The position numbers were made by a program, and so were the translations under genes. The notes beneath the pieces are model-generated. The model worked only from the letters and a program-made list of their open reading frames with translations, did not search any database and was not told the origin of the DNA. A stretch of 63,865 bases of DNA, the filler included. It is 5 parts of 5 records of this genome, joined end to end, with 100 filler letters (N's around TTAATTAATTAA, not from the genome) between each part and the next. Parts side by side here need not be neighbours in the genome. Positions count along the whole stretch, not along the records: positions 36,827 to 53,007 come from SRR20825006_1083; 4 more parts are not named here. The stretch is one strand, 5' to 3'. Below are positions 40,653-50,141 of the stretch, one piece after another. Position 1 is the first letter of the stretch. The number at the start of each line of letters is the position of its first letter.

Positions 40653-41587
40653 TTGAAATTGATGCCATCTCCAAGGTTTACGGAGACCAGAACGCCGTTG
40701 ACAATGTGTCGCTGACCATTGAAAGCGGTGAGCTGGCAGCGATTGTCGGTACATCCGGCTCCGGTAAAACGACGCTGATGCGTATGATAAACCGTCTTGT
40801 CGAGCCAACATCTGGCACGATCCGCATTGATGGGCGCGATAATCGAGAATTGCCGGATTTTGAACTCAGACGCGGCATCGGCTACGCCATTCAGGGGCAT
40901 GGTCTGTTTCCCCACCGCACGGTGGCCGAAAACATCGCAACAGTGCCGAAGCTGCTGGGCTGGGACAGGAAACGCCGCAGTGCGCGTGTCGATGAACTGC
41001 TGGCATTGTTTCATCTGGAGCCTGAACAGTATCGGGACCGTATGCCTTATGAACTTTCCGGTGGCGAGCAGCAGCGCATCGGCGTGGCACGGGCCCTGGC
41101 AGCAGAGCCGCACCTGCTGTTAATGGATGAACCATTCGGTGCGCTGGACCCGATCATTCGCGCCAAGGCGCAGGAAGACCTTCTCGATATTCAGCGCCGG
41201 TTCTCGACCACGATCGTGCTTGTGACGCACGATATGGATGAGGCGATCATGCTGGGTCACAAGATCGCAGTGATGAATGAGGGACGGCTTTTGCAATATG
41301 CACCGCCTGCCGAAATCATTACGGACCCGGCCAGCGATTTCGTTAATGTGCTTCTGGGAACCGGAGACAAGGCATTTCGCATGTTGTCACTGGAGGCCTG
41401 TGAACAACTGGTTGAAGTTGGCGAGGCTGACGGAGCGGCGATATCGTGTAAAGCGAGCCTGAAAGATGCGCTGGCCGAAGTGCTTTGGTCCGGTCGCGGT
41501 GCTCTGCCCGTTGAAAAGAACGGTGCGATCATCGGACGTGTCACCCGCGACGGCCTGGTCAGACATGCGGCGGGTCAGCGTTCATGA
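40649..41587 (+). CDS. yehX: ABC ATP-binding protein (YehX-like)
   Basis: GSGKTT, LSGGEQQR, DEPFGALD. Confidence 0.88.
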   Translation: MIEIDAISKVYGDQNAVDNVSLTIESGELAAIVGTSGSGKTTLMRMINRLVEPTSGTIRIDGRDNRELPDFELRRGIGYAIQGHGLFPHRTVAENIATVPKLLGWDRKRRSARVDELLALFHLEPEQYRDRMPYELSGGEQQRIGVARALAAEPHLLLMDEPFGALDPIIRAKAQEDLLDIQRRFSTTIVLVTHDMDEAIMLGHKIAVMNEGRLLQYAPPAEIITDPASDFVNVLLGTGDKAFRMLSLEACEQLVEVGEADGAAISCKASLKDALAEVLWSGRGALPVEKNGAIIGRVTRDGLVRHAAGQRS

Positions 41588-42333
41588 AGATCTCAATGAT
41601 TGTACGGCTTGCGCTTCTTCTGCTTCTGGTGGCATTCGTCGTCTGGCCGCAGGCGTTCGCTCCGGTATTTCGGCCGTTCACGCAAAATGGCGCACCTGCG
41701 ATCTACACGCAGACAAGCCTTCTGTCGCTGACGCTCAGCCATCTTGCCATTGTCGGCCTTGCAACGATTGCTGCCACGCTTTTTGCAGTTGGCCTTGCCA
41801 TTATCGTAACGCGGTCTGCCGGTATCGAGTTTCTGCCGTTGTCGCGCTCGATTGCCAATATCGGCCAGACCTTTCCTCCGGTCGCGGTTCTGGCGCTGGC
41901 CGTGCCGATGTTTGGGTTCGGACCGATACCGACGCTGATAGCGCTGTTTCTCTATGGCCTGCTGCCGATCTTCGAGAATGCACTGACAGGACTGACCAAT
42001 ATGCCGGGCAATGTGTCAGAGGCCGCCCGAGGTGCCGGTATGACGGAGGCGCAGCGCCTTGTTCAGGTGGAGTTCCCGCTGGCTTTGCCCGTCATTCTGG
42101 CCGGGATCCGGCTTTCGGTGGTGATTTCGCTGGCAACGGCCACGATTGGGTCCACGGTTGCGGCGAAGACGCTGGGTGAAGTCATCATCGCCGGGCTTTT
42201 GTCCAACAACACCGCCTTTGTTTTGCAAGGCGGTGTTGTTGTTGGTGTTCTGGCACTTCTCATTCATGATGCCTTCGTGATGTTTGAGCGCGCAATTGCC
42301 CGCAAGACCGGCAGGTTGCAGGGTGTATCGTAG
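41584..42333 (+). CDS. yehW: ABC permease (YehW-like)
   Basis: GQTFPPVAVLALAVP and EAARGAGMT motifs. Confidence 0.88.
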   Translation: MKISMIVRLALLLLLVAFVVWPQAFAPVFRPFTQNGAPAIYTQTSLLSLTLSHLAIVGLATIAATLFAVGLAIIVTRSAGIEFLPLSRSIANIGQTFPPVAVLALAVPMFGFGPIPTLIALFLYGLLPIFENALTGLTNMPGNVSEAARGAGMTEAQRLVQVEFPLALPVILAGIRLSVVISLATATIGSTVAAKTLGEVIIAGLLSNNTAFVLQGGVVVGVLALLIHDAFVMFERAIARKTGRLQGVS

Positions 42334-42388
42334 AGCGCCGTGCGTCCGTTCGGACGCACCAAGACGCTCTAACCCATTGAATCTACGT
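42331..42388 (+). repeat. Rhizobial RIME-like interspersed palindromic element
   Basis: TAGAGCG-(GTGCGTCC GTTC GGACGCAC)-CGCTCTA nested palindrome followed by ACCCATTGAATCTAC. Confidence 0.6.
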
Positions 42389-42445
42389 ATTTACGCGTTG
42401 AAGCATGAGCGCAGGACGGCGGATGTTCGACACCCGCCGGCATTT

Positions 42446-43108
42446 TTATTCCGGGCGCTTTCCAAGTGCGGCTTCCAGGCGTTTCTGGTCGACACCGGTA
42501 TTACGGAAAATCTGGATCGTCGGTGGCGCAGCACCCAGTGCGGTCAACTCGTTCTTTAAAAGCGCCAGTTCCATTTCGCTCATCAGGCCTTCGTGAACCG
42601 TGGTGCGGATTTCATGCTCTACACCACTGGCCAGCACATGACGCAGGCTGGCAAAGGCGCGTTTGCCGCTTCTCGGCGTTGCTGTCATCCGGTCATAGGC
42701 ACCATAAGGTGCTTTGAAATCAAGACCGATCCAGTCAATCAGAGGCAAAAGATCACTCAGCCGGTCTGGGTAAGGTCCGGCGGAATGCAGGCCGATCTGG
42801 AAACCCATGGCACGAACAGCTTCGATTGCCGGGCGTAATGCCTTTTGAAGCGTCGGTTCGCCGCCGGAAAACACAACGCCATCAAGAAGACCGCGCCGCG
42901 TTTCCAAAAAGCCGAGGATCTTGCCAAAATCGAACCCGGTTTCGGTATCTGTTTCGCAAAGGTCGGGATTGTGGCAGTAAGGGCAACGCCACGGACAGCC
43001 CTGACAAAAAACCGTCGCGACGATTTTTCCGGGCCAGTCGCAGAGCGAAAAAGGCTCAAAGCCCCCGACCCTCAGATCAGTGGCGTTTTGTTGTGGTGTC
43101 TGAGACAT
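42446..43108 (-). CDS. nrdG: Anaerobic RNR activating enzyme (radical SAM)
   Basis: GCPWRCPYCHN and SGGEPTLQ; downstream of nrdD. Confidence 0.92.
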   Translation of the reverse strand: MSQTPQQNATDLRVGGFEPFSLCDWPGKIVATVFCQGCPWRCPYCHNPDLCETDTETGFDFGKILGFLETRRGLLDGVVFSGGEPTLQKALRPAIEAVRAMGFQIGLHSAGPYPDRLSDLLPLIDWIGLDFKAPYGAYDRMTATPRSGKRAFASLRHVLASGVEHEIRTTVHEGLMSEMELALLKNELTALGAAPPTIQIFRNTGVDQKRLEAALGKRPE

Positions 43109-43283
43109 CAGGCCCTTCCCTGAAATAGAGACGTTCCGCGAATTCGCCCTTCTTGCCGCGGTTGAAAGATGAAACGGGACGGTGGTAACCCATTACCCGT
43201 GTCCAGATTTCGCAGGGCTGACGTTCATCGTCTGTAAGGACGACTGCCTGTTCGACCGTACGTTTTTCTTCGAGAACGGACAT
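43077..43283 (-). CDS. nrdD: Stand-alone glycyl-radical subunit of split class III RNR
   Basis: CEIWTRVMGYHRPVSSFNRGKKGEF; own AGGAG SD. Confidence 0.9.
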   Translation of the reverse strand: MSVLEEKRTVEQAVVLTDDERQPCEIWTRVMGYHRPVSSFNRGKKGEFAERLYFREGPDVSDTTTKRH

Positions 43284-43307
43284 TTATCTTCTCCTTCTGG
43301 AATTATT

Positions 43308-45350
43308 CTAACATTCAACACAGGACTTACGTTTGCGTTCGATCAGATCGGCATCGCATTTCGGGCAGAATGTGTGCTCACCCTCGATGTAGCCATGCTT
43401 CGGGCAGATCGAGAATGTCGGGGTGATGGTGATATAGGGCAGGCGATAGTTCTCCAGCGACCGCCGCACGAGGTTCTTGCAGGCCTCGCCGGAGGAAATG
43501 CGGGAACCCATGTAGAGATGCAGCACGGTTCCGCCGGTATACTTTTTCTGTAGCGCTTCCTGACGTGACAATGCCTCAAAGGGATCTTCGGTGAAACCGA
43601 CCGGCAACTGGCTGGAATTGGTATAATAGGCCTGTTCTTCCGTTCCGGCCTGAATGATGCCGGGAAAGCGCTTCCGGTCCTCCCGGGCAAAGCGATGGGC
43701 TGTGCCTTCTGCCGGTGTTGCCTCCAGATTGAAAAGGTGACCGGTTTCTTCCTGATAACTGACGATTTTCGCCCGAACATGATCAAGGAATTTCAGAGCG
43801 AAGTCATGCCCCTTTTCCGTGGTGATATCCTCACAATCATCGGTGAAATTGCGGATCATCTCATTGATACCGTTGACACCGAGCGTAGAGAAATGATTGC
43901 GCAGGGTGCCCAGATAACGTTTGGTATAAGGGAAAAGCCCCTCGTCAATCAGTCGCTGAATGACCTTGCGTTTGATTTCGAGACTGTCGCGGCCAAGATC
44001 GAGTAATTCGTCGAGACGGGTCAGCAATCCAGGCTCGTCACCTTTGTGTGTGAAGCCGAGTCGGGCGCAGTTGATGGTGACGACGCCGAGCGAACCGGTC
44101 TGTTCGGCGCTGCCGAAAAGGCCGTTGCCGCGTTTTAAAAGCTCCGTCAGATCGAGCTGCAACCGGCAACACATGGAGCGGACCATATTGGGCGACAACT
44201 CCGAGTTCAGGAAATTCTGGAAGTATGGCAGCCCGTATTTGGCGGTCATTTCGAAAAGCCGGGTGGCATTTTCGCTTTCCCAGGGGAAGTCTGGTGTGAT
44301 GTTGTAGGTCGGTATCGGGAAGGTGAACACCCGGCCCTTGGCATCGCCTCGGGTCATGATCTCCATATAGGCGCGGTTGATCATATCCATTTCGACCTGC
44401 AACTCGCCGTAGGCAAACGGCATTTCCTCGCCGCCAATGACGGGGCGTTGTTCTTTCAAATCGTCCGGGCAGACCCAGTCGAATGTCAGGTTGGTAAACG
44501 GTGTCTGGGTACCCCAGCGCGAGGGGACGTTGAGGTTGTAGATCAACTCCTGGACCGACTGCAGAACGTCGTCATAGGAAAGATTATCCTTGCGGATGTA
44601 GGGTGCCATATAGGTGTCGAAAGACGAAAATGCCTGCGCCCCGGCCCATTCATTCTGCAACGTGCCGAGGAAATTGACGATCTGTCCAACGGCCGACGAC
44701 ATGTGCTTCGGCGGGTCGGCCTCGACCTTGCCGGGCACGCCGTTCAACCCCTCCGTCAGAAGCGTTCTGAGCGACCATCCGGCGCAGTATCCCGACAACA
44801 TGTCAAGATCGTGGATATGCAGATCTCCAGCCCGGTGTGCCGCGCCGATTTCAGGCGCATAAACATGAGACAGCCAGTAATTGGCGACCACCTTGCCGGA
44901 TACATTGAGGATCAGCCCGCCCAACGAGTAGCCCTGATTGGCATTGGCGTTGACGCGCCAGTCGGAGCGATCGAGATACTCGTCTATCGAGGAAATCACA
45001 TCGATGGCGACCTTGCCGGTTTCGCGCAGCTTGGCGTGTTTTTCACGGTAAACGATATAGGCACGGGCGGTTTCGAAATAGTCGCCGGAAATCAGAACCT
45101 GTTCGACGACATCCTGAATGCGCTCGATTTCGAGTGCTTCTGCCGATGTGGAGTGGCGCAGCACTTTCATGACCTGTTCGCTCAGCCGGCAGGCCTCCTG
45201 TGCGCTGAATGCGCCGGTTGCTTCACCGGCTTTTAAGATGGCACGCTCGATTTTCCTTGCGTCGAAGACCTTTCTCTGACCATCCCGCTTAACAACCTGC
45301 GGAGGTTTTGATCCCTTCAGAAAGGATGCGGCAGCGTTTGGTTTACTCAT
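43308..45350 (-). CDS. nrdD: Class III ribonucleoside-triphosphate reductase, large subunit with ATP-cone and no Gly-radical loop
   Basis: VVKRDG ATP-cone, HIHDL, SMCCRL, ATPAEG, CPKH...CPKC. Confidence 0.95.
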   Translation of the reverse strand: MSKPNAAASFLKGSKPPQVVKRDGQRKVFDARKIERAILKAGEATGAFSAQEACRLSEQVMKVLRHSTSAEALEIERIQDVVEQVLISGDYFETARAYIVYREKHAKLRETGKVAIDVISSIDEYLDRSDWRVNANANQGYSLGGLILNVSGKVVANYWLSHVYAPEIGAAHRAGDLHIHDLDMLSGYCAGWSLRTLLTEGLNGVPGKVEADPPKHMSSAVGQIVNFLGTLQNEWAGAQAFSSFDTYMAPYIRKDNLSYDDVLQSVQELIYNLNVPSRWGTQTPFTNLTFDWVCPDDLKEQRPVIGGEEMPFAYGELQVEMDMINRAYMEIMTRGDAKGRVFTFPIPTYNITPDFPWESENATRLFEMTAKYGLPYFQNFLNSELSPNMVRSMCCRLQLDLTELLKRGNGLFGSAEQTGSLGVVTINCARLGFTHKGDEPGLLTRLDELLDLGRDSLEIKRKVIQRLIDEGLFPYTKRYLGTLRNHFSTLGVNGINEMIRNFTDDCEDITTEKGHDFALKFLDHVRAKIVSYQEETGHLFNLEATPAEGTAHRFAREDRKRFPGIIQAGTEEQAYYTNSSQLPVGFTEDPFEALSRQEALQKKYTGGTVLHLYMGSRISSGEACKNLVRRSLENYRLPYITITPTFSICPKHGYIEGEHTFCPKCDADLIERKRKSCVEC

Positions 45351-45390
45351 CGTCAGGCCCCCGAAATGAAATGTGGCCCGAAAGTAATTT

Positions 45391-45437
45391 CCACCATATT
45401 TAGATGTCTGTGCGGTTACATCATCAACATATGGCGT
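45391..45437. promoter_or_regulatory. Tandem NrdR boxes
   Basis: CCACCATATTTAGATG (45391-406) and CATCAACATATGGCGT (45422-437) fit CwAtATaTwG and start 31 bp apart. Confidence 0.8.
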
Positions 45438-45740
45438 TTTCAGGCTGTCTTAGCCATGCCTGATTCGAATGCGTTGCGCCTTGAAGTTTGTCAGAGCGCG
45501 GCGTCATTTTCCACGTTTGGTCACGCGCGATTTGAACAACGAAACCACACTGGGCGCCCGTAACCGGCGTTTTAAGGCTGCGCGCATCCGCCTTTCTGGT
45601 TTCAATCACGGAAGAAGACAATTATGCCAAAATAGTTATAAGGATATCGACTATTGGGGGCATATGCTGAAACCGGTATATGTTGTAATCTCTAACATAC
45701 AAATGACCTGGACATGGATACGGGCGCCAAGAGAGGGAAT

Positions 45741-46484
45741 GTGCTGAACATCGTAGTGCCAATGGCCGGCCGCGGGAGCCGGTTTGCCAATGCTGGCTAC
45801 AAAGATCCGAAGCCGCTGATCGGGATTCATGGAAAACCCATGATTGAGGTCGTTGTGGATAATTTGCGACCGCAACAGGCTCATCGTTTTATTTTCATCT
45901 GTCAGAACCAGCATATCGCCGATTATGCTCTGGAACCGAAACTGCGCGCGCTCGCCGAAAATGTCGAGATTGTCGGCATTGACGGGATCACCGAAGGACA
46001 AGCATGCTCGGTACTGGAAGCTGAGCGTTTTATTGACAATGACGATCCGGTCATGACGGCCAATTCCGATCAGTATATCGACGTCGATATCAATGATTAT
46101 CTGGCATTTATGCAAAACGGCGGCTTTGACGGGCTGGTCATGACCATGAAGGCGGACGATCCGAAATGGTCGTTTGTCCGCGAGGAAAACGGAAAAGTTG
46201 TCGAAACGGCTGAAAAGAAGGTCATTTCCAACGATGCAGCGGTCGGGATTTTCAATTTTGGTCGCGGCCGGGATCTGGTTCGCCAAACGAAAGCTATGAT
46301 TGCCGATGATCTTCGTGTGAATGGCGAGTTTTACATCTGTCCAGTCTACAATTACCTGATCCGTGAAGGCCGAAAAGTTGGGCACTTCGGCATCGGCGAG
46401 GAATATGATGGCATGTATGGTCTGGGCATTCCTTCAGACCTTGACTTCTTTCTGGCTCATCCGGTTTCGGAAAAGGTGCGCTGA
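45741..46484 (+). CDS. BcbE-like nucleotidyltransferase/GT2-fold protein
   Basis: PMAGRGSRF..PKPLI, EKKVIS, NGEFY; GTG start after GAGAGGGA. Confidence 0.85.
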   Translation: MLNIVVPMAGRGSRFANAGYKDPKPLIGIHGKPMIEVVVDNLRPQQAHRFIFICQNQHIADYALEPKLRALAENVEIVGIDGITEGQACSVLEAERFIDNDDPVMTANSDQYIDVDINDYLAFMQNGGFDGLVMTMKADDPKWSFVREENGKVVETAEKKVISNDAAVGIFNFGRGRDLVRQTKAMIADDLRVNGEFYICPVYNYLIREGRKVGHFGIGEEYDGMYGLGIPSDLDFFLAHPVSEKVR

Positions 46485-47113
46485 TGGAAGTTCTTTCGCA
46501 CCGCGGATTCTGGGAAACCGCCGATGAGAAGAACGGGATGGTTGCCTTTGCCCGCTCATTCGACCGCCAGATGGGAACCGAGACGGATCTGCGTGACCAC
46601 AACGGTGAGATCGTTATTGCCCACGACATGCCGACCGGTGAGCCAATCCTGTTTTCGGATGTTCTGGACCTGATGGCTGGGCGTAATCTGACGCTGGCGC
46701 TCAATATCAAGGCCGACGGCCTGAGCCTGGCCGTGAAGGATCTGCTCTCACGCTATAATCATACGAATTATTTCGTCTTCGATATGTCGACACCGGATCT
46801 TGTCCGGCAGGTGGCAGATGGCATGAAAGCTTTTACGGGATTGAGTGATCTTCAGCCTTTTCCTCCGCTTCTCGATGAGTGTGACGGTGTGTGGCTCGAT
46901 TGCTTCCGGTCTGACTGGTATGGTCCTGGCACGATTGACCGGCTGATTGATAACGGCAAGCGGGTTTGCGTTGTGTCTGCAGACTTGCATAAACGAGATT
47001 GTGGCGCGCAATGGAAGCTCATAAAGTTGACGAAAAGTTTGGGTAGTAACAACCTTATGTTATGTACCGACAAGCCGCTTGTGGCTCGGGAATATTTCGA
47101 GGACAGGTCATGA
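46484..47113 (+). CDS. GDPD/PLC-like phosphodiesterase-fold protein
   Basis: SHRG, ETD, HD, NIK and terminal CTD motifs. Confidence 0.7.
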   Translation: MEVLSHRGFWETADEKNGMVAFARSFDRQMGTETDLRDHNGEIVIAHDMPTGEPILFSDVLDLMAGRNLTLALNIKADGLSLAVKDLLSRYNHTNYFVFDMSTPDLVRQVADGMKAFTGLSDLQPFPPLLDECDGVWLDCFRSDWYGPGTIDRLIDNGKRVCVVSADLHKRDCGAQWKLIKLTKSLGSNNLMLCTDKPLVAREYFEDRS

Positions 47114-47760
47114 CAATCAAAGCTGTCATTTTTGATATGGATGGCGTGTTGATCGAAGCCAAGGACTGGCATTACGACGCGCTGAACCGTGCACTCGGTC
47201 TCTTCGGCTATACGATTGAGCGCTATGAGCACGCAACGGCCTATGACGGATTGCCGACCCGGACAAAACTCAAGCGGCTTTCCGTCGAGAAGAAGCTTCC
47301 GACCTATCTTCATTCCTTTATCAACGAGATGAAGCAGCGTTACACAATGGAAGTGATTTATGAGCGCTGTCGCCCACGCTTCGAACATGAATACGCACTG
47401 TCCAGACTGCAGATGGAAGGCTATCGGCTCGGCGTTGCCTCGAATTCGACGCGGGACACCGTTGCGCTGATGATGGAGAAGGCCAGTCTCACAACATATC
47501 TGGACTTCATGCTCAGCAATCAGGATGTCAAATCGCCCAAGCCGGATCCTGAAATTTACATGACCGCAATTGAAAAACTCGGACTGAAGCCGACCGAATG
47601 TCTGATCGTTGAAGATAATGAGAACGGTATCAAGGCCGCGCGTGCCTCCGGCGGTCATCTTCTGATCGTCAAGGATGTCGATGAGGTCAATTACGACAAT
47701 ATCAAGCAGCGCATCGCTGAAATTGAAGGTGCTGTGAAATCGGCGGGGTCGGCTGCATGA
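47110..47760 (+). CDS. HAD-family phosphatase/phosphomutase
   Basis: FDMDGVL, ASNS, KPDPEIY, VED. Confidence 0.9.
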   Translation: MTIKAVIFDMDGVLIEAKDWHYDALNRALGLFGYTIERYEHATAYDGLPTRTKLKRLSVEKKLPTYLHSFINEMKQRYTMEVIYERCRPRFEHEYALSRLQMEGYRLGVASNSTRDTVALMMEKASLTTYLDFMLSNQDVKSPKPDPEIYMTAIEKLGLKPTECLIVEDNENGIKAARASGGHLLIVKDVDEVNYDNIKQRIAEIEGAVKSAGSAA

Positions 47761-48497
47761 AAATCGTCGTTTTGATGGGTGGCGGAAACCTCGACATAAA
47801 AGGGGAGCTCTACCCGCTTTATCTGGCCGAATTTAATGAGGAAATCATTCTTGAGCGGCAGATCGAAGGTCTTCAGTCACTGGCGCCTTCAAGCATGATT
47901 TTCTGTGTCAGGCAGGCGGATATCCGTGACTTCAGCATTGATGATGTCATCCAGCAAAGTGCTTCCAACGCAACATGTGTCGAAGTTCCTGGCACGACGG
48001 CGGGGTCGGTCTGTACCGCACTTCTGGCTGCGGAACACATAGACAAGGATGAGGAAATCGTTCTTGTGGCCGCCGATGAGCTGATTGATGCGGACTTTCT
48101 GCCGATTGTGGAGCGTCTTCGCAAAAAGGAATGCGATGCCGGCGTGGTTGCCTTTCGCTCGGTCCATCCGCGTTATTCATTCGCCCTGATCTCGGAGGAC
48201 GGTTTCGTGCGCGAAGTGGCGGAGAAAAAGCCGGTAAGCCGTCATGCACTGGCGAGCTTTTATTATTTCCGGAAGGGGCGGGATTTTGTCACCTGTGCGC
48301 AAAGTGTTGTTCGCAAGGACCGCAAGATCAACAACGTCTTCTACCTCAGCCAGACCATAAATGAGATGATCCTGCGCCAGAAGAGAGTCGGTATCGATTT
48401 TATTGAGAATGAACAGTTTCACCCGCTGAAGACCGAGATGCAGCTTGCGCAATATATTTCGCTTCTGCAGGAACAAAGAGAGGCGTGGCTGCATTGA
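47757..48497 (+). CDS. Second BcbE-like protein with degenerate N-terminal motif
   Basis: Shares HPRYSF/EKKPVS/FY blocks with the 45741 paralog; GxGxRF replaced by GGGNLD. Confidence 0.8.
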   Translation: MKIVVLMGGGNLDIKGELYPLYLAEFNEEIILERQIEGLQSLAPSSMIFCVRQADIRDFSIDDVIQQSASNATCVEVPGTTAGSVCTALLAAEHIDKDEEIVLVAADELIDADFLPIVERLRKKECDAGVVAFRSVHPRYSFALISEDGFVREVAEKKPVSRHALASFYYFRKGRDFVTCAQSVVRKDRKINNVFYLSQTINEMILRQKRVGIDFIENEQFHPLKTEMQLAQYISLLQEQREAWLH

Positions 48498-48817
48498 AGA
48501 CATCAAAACTCGACGACATGATCAAAGGCTGGTTCATCGGCGATTTCGAGCCCAGTCTTTGCCGGACCCAAGATGTGGAGGTTGCGGTCAAGCGTTATAG
48601 CAAAGGGGATCGCGAAAGCGCACATCTGCATAAAATCGCGACCGAATACACGGTCGTCGTCGCCGGGCGGGTGCGGATGAACGGTATTGAATATGGTGAG
48701 GGCGATATTGTGGTGATGGAGCCGGGCGAGGCGACGGACTTCGAGTGTCTTCAGGACGGGACGGTGAATGTGGTCATCAAACGTCCGGGCGCCAAAAATG
48801 ACAAGTATGTAGTCTGA
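48494..48817 (+). CDS. Cupin-domain protein
   Basis: GWFIGDF and HLHKIATE metal motif. Confidence 0.8.
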   Translation: MKTSKLDDMIKGWFIGDFEPSLCRTQDVEVAVKRYSKGDRESAHLHKIATEYTVVVAGRVRMNGIEYGEGDIVVMEPGEATDFECLQDGTVNVVIKRPGAKNDKYVV

Positions 48818-49014
48818 TTGGTGTCGTATATTTGCACCTGTGGAAAGTGCGAATCGAAATAGTTATATTTAATATTCAATTTTATGCATATAAGTGTAAT
48901 GTTTTGATCGTTGTGAGATATTTCAGGGATATGTTTTAGCTGGCATATCCAGATGACTTACTAGAATATTTTAGAATAGGGCTGGACACTGCCTGCTGAG
49001 AAAGACGCGTCAGG

Positions 49015-50007
49015 ATGGAAACCAGAGATATAACATTTTTGCTGCAGGGTGCTGTCGACAAAGAGATTGTCAGTGACATCATTGCAGACCTGCGCAAGAA
49101 TTTTGGTGGCGCCCGCGTTATTCTATCGACCTGGCATGACATGGATACCGAAGGCTTGGATTGTGATGAAATTGTCCGATCTGAAGATCCGGGTTTTTTC
49201 TATTATTCAAACCGCCCCGGCGATAAGGTGAACAACGTGAATCGCCAGATTGTCGGTACACGCGCCGGACTGGAACACGTCACGACACCCTACTGCTTTC
49301 GTATGCGTACTGACTTCCGGCTGGATGGGCGTCGATTTCTGCAGTATTTCGGGGCTTTTCCCCACTCTGAGGATTATTATCGGTTCTTTTCAGAGAAGCT
49401 GCTGGCGGCATGTTATTTCTCGCGCAATCCACGCTCTCGTACCCGCTTTCCCTTCCACCCTTCTGACCTTGCCTTTTTCGGGCGGACGGATGACATCCGG
49501 CGCCTGTTTGACGTGCCGTTGATGAATGAGGGGGAAGCTTCGTGGGATCAGGACAACAAGCGCTATAATCGTTATACCCCTGAACAGTATATTTTTATCA
49601 ATGCGTTGCGGAAGGCAGGCCGATCGGTTCCCTGTGAGTATTACAACGACGATAATGAGCGGGCGATTGCCGAAACGGAACGCTATTTCGCATCGAATTT
49701 CATTTTTCTGACCTTTGAACAGTTCAATCTGGTGCCGTCGAAGCCGACTTTTTTCATGAAGGTCCATCCGAATTCCTTCATGACATGCTACACACACAAT
49801 GAATGGCTTGCGCTCTACAAGAAGCATGTCGATGCCAGTATCCAGATTCCGGGACATGACCCCGAGCGCGAACGGATCGAGGCTTTTTACAAGCCTTACC
49901 GGGTATGCCGGTTGATTGGTAATCTCATCTCGTTCCCTTTCCGCAGCAAAATGCGCCGTCGAGCCATTCGCTGTGGGGTTCTGGAATTTTTCCTGATGCC
50001 GCGCTGA
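49015..50007 (+). CDS. WavE-family LPS/surface glycan synthesis protein
   Basis: ITFLLQG, ILSTW, DPG, NVNRQI, RTD, HPSD, PEQY blocks. Confidence 0.8.
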   Translation: METRDITFLLQGAVDKEIVSDIIADLRKNFGGARVILSTWHDMDTEGLDCDEIVRSEDPGFFYYSNRPGDKVNNVNRQIVGTRAGLEHVTTPYCFRMRTDFRLDGRRFLQYFGAFPHSEDYYRFFSEKLLAACYFSRNPRSRTRFPFHPSDLAFFGRTDDIRRLFDVPLMNEGEASWDQDNKRYNRYTPEQYIFINALRKAGRSVPCEYYNDDNERAIAETERYFASNFIFLTFEQFNLVPSKPTFFMKVHPNSFMTCYTHNEWLALYKKHVDASIQIPGHDPERERIEAFYKPYRVCRLIGNLISFPFRSKMRRRAIRCGVLEFFLMPR

Positions 50008-50141
50008 ACAATATCAGCCTGGGAAAACGCCGCTTTCGTGGGTGGGTACGGCAGAACATGGAACACGTGATCACTCATATGCTTGATAAAAGGCGCCCCG
50101 TTGGAGGCGCCAATTTCTTCAGAAATATGCATCGCCAAGCC

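Noticed and set aside
43284-43310. Stop-codon readthrough, recoding or a nrdD pseudogene
   Set aside because: Two in-frame stops plus a dedicated SD, with all catalytic motifs, nrdG and NrdR boxes intact, fit a true two-gene arrangement.
45481-45494. FNR/FixK-like site TTGAAGTTTGTCAG upstream of nrdD
   Set aside because: Several mismatches to TTGAT-N4-ATCAA and unconvincing spacing to a -10 element; plausible but unsupported.
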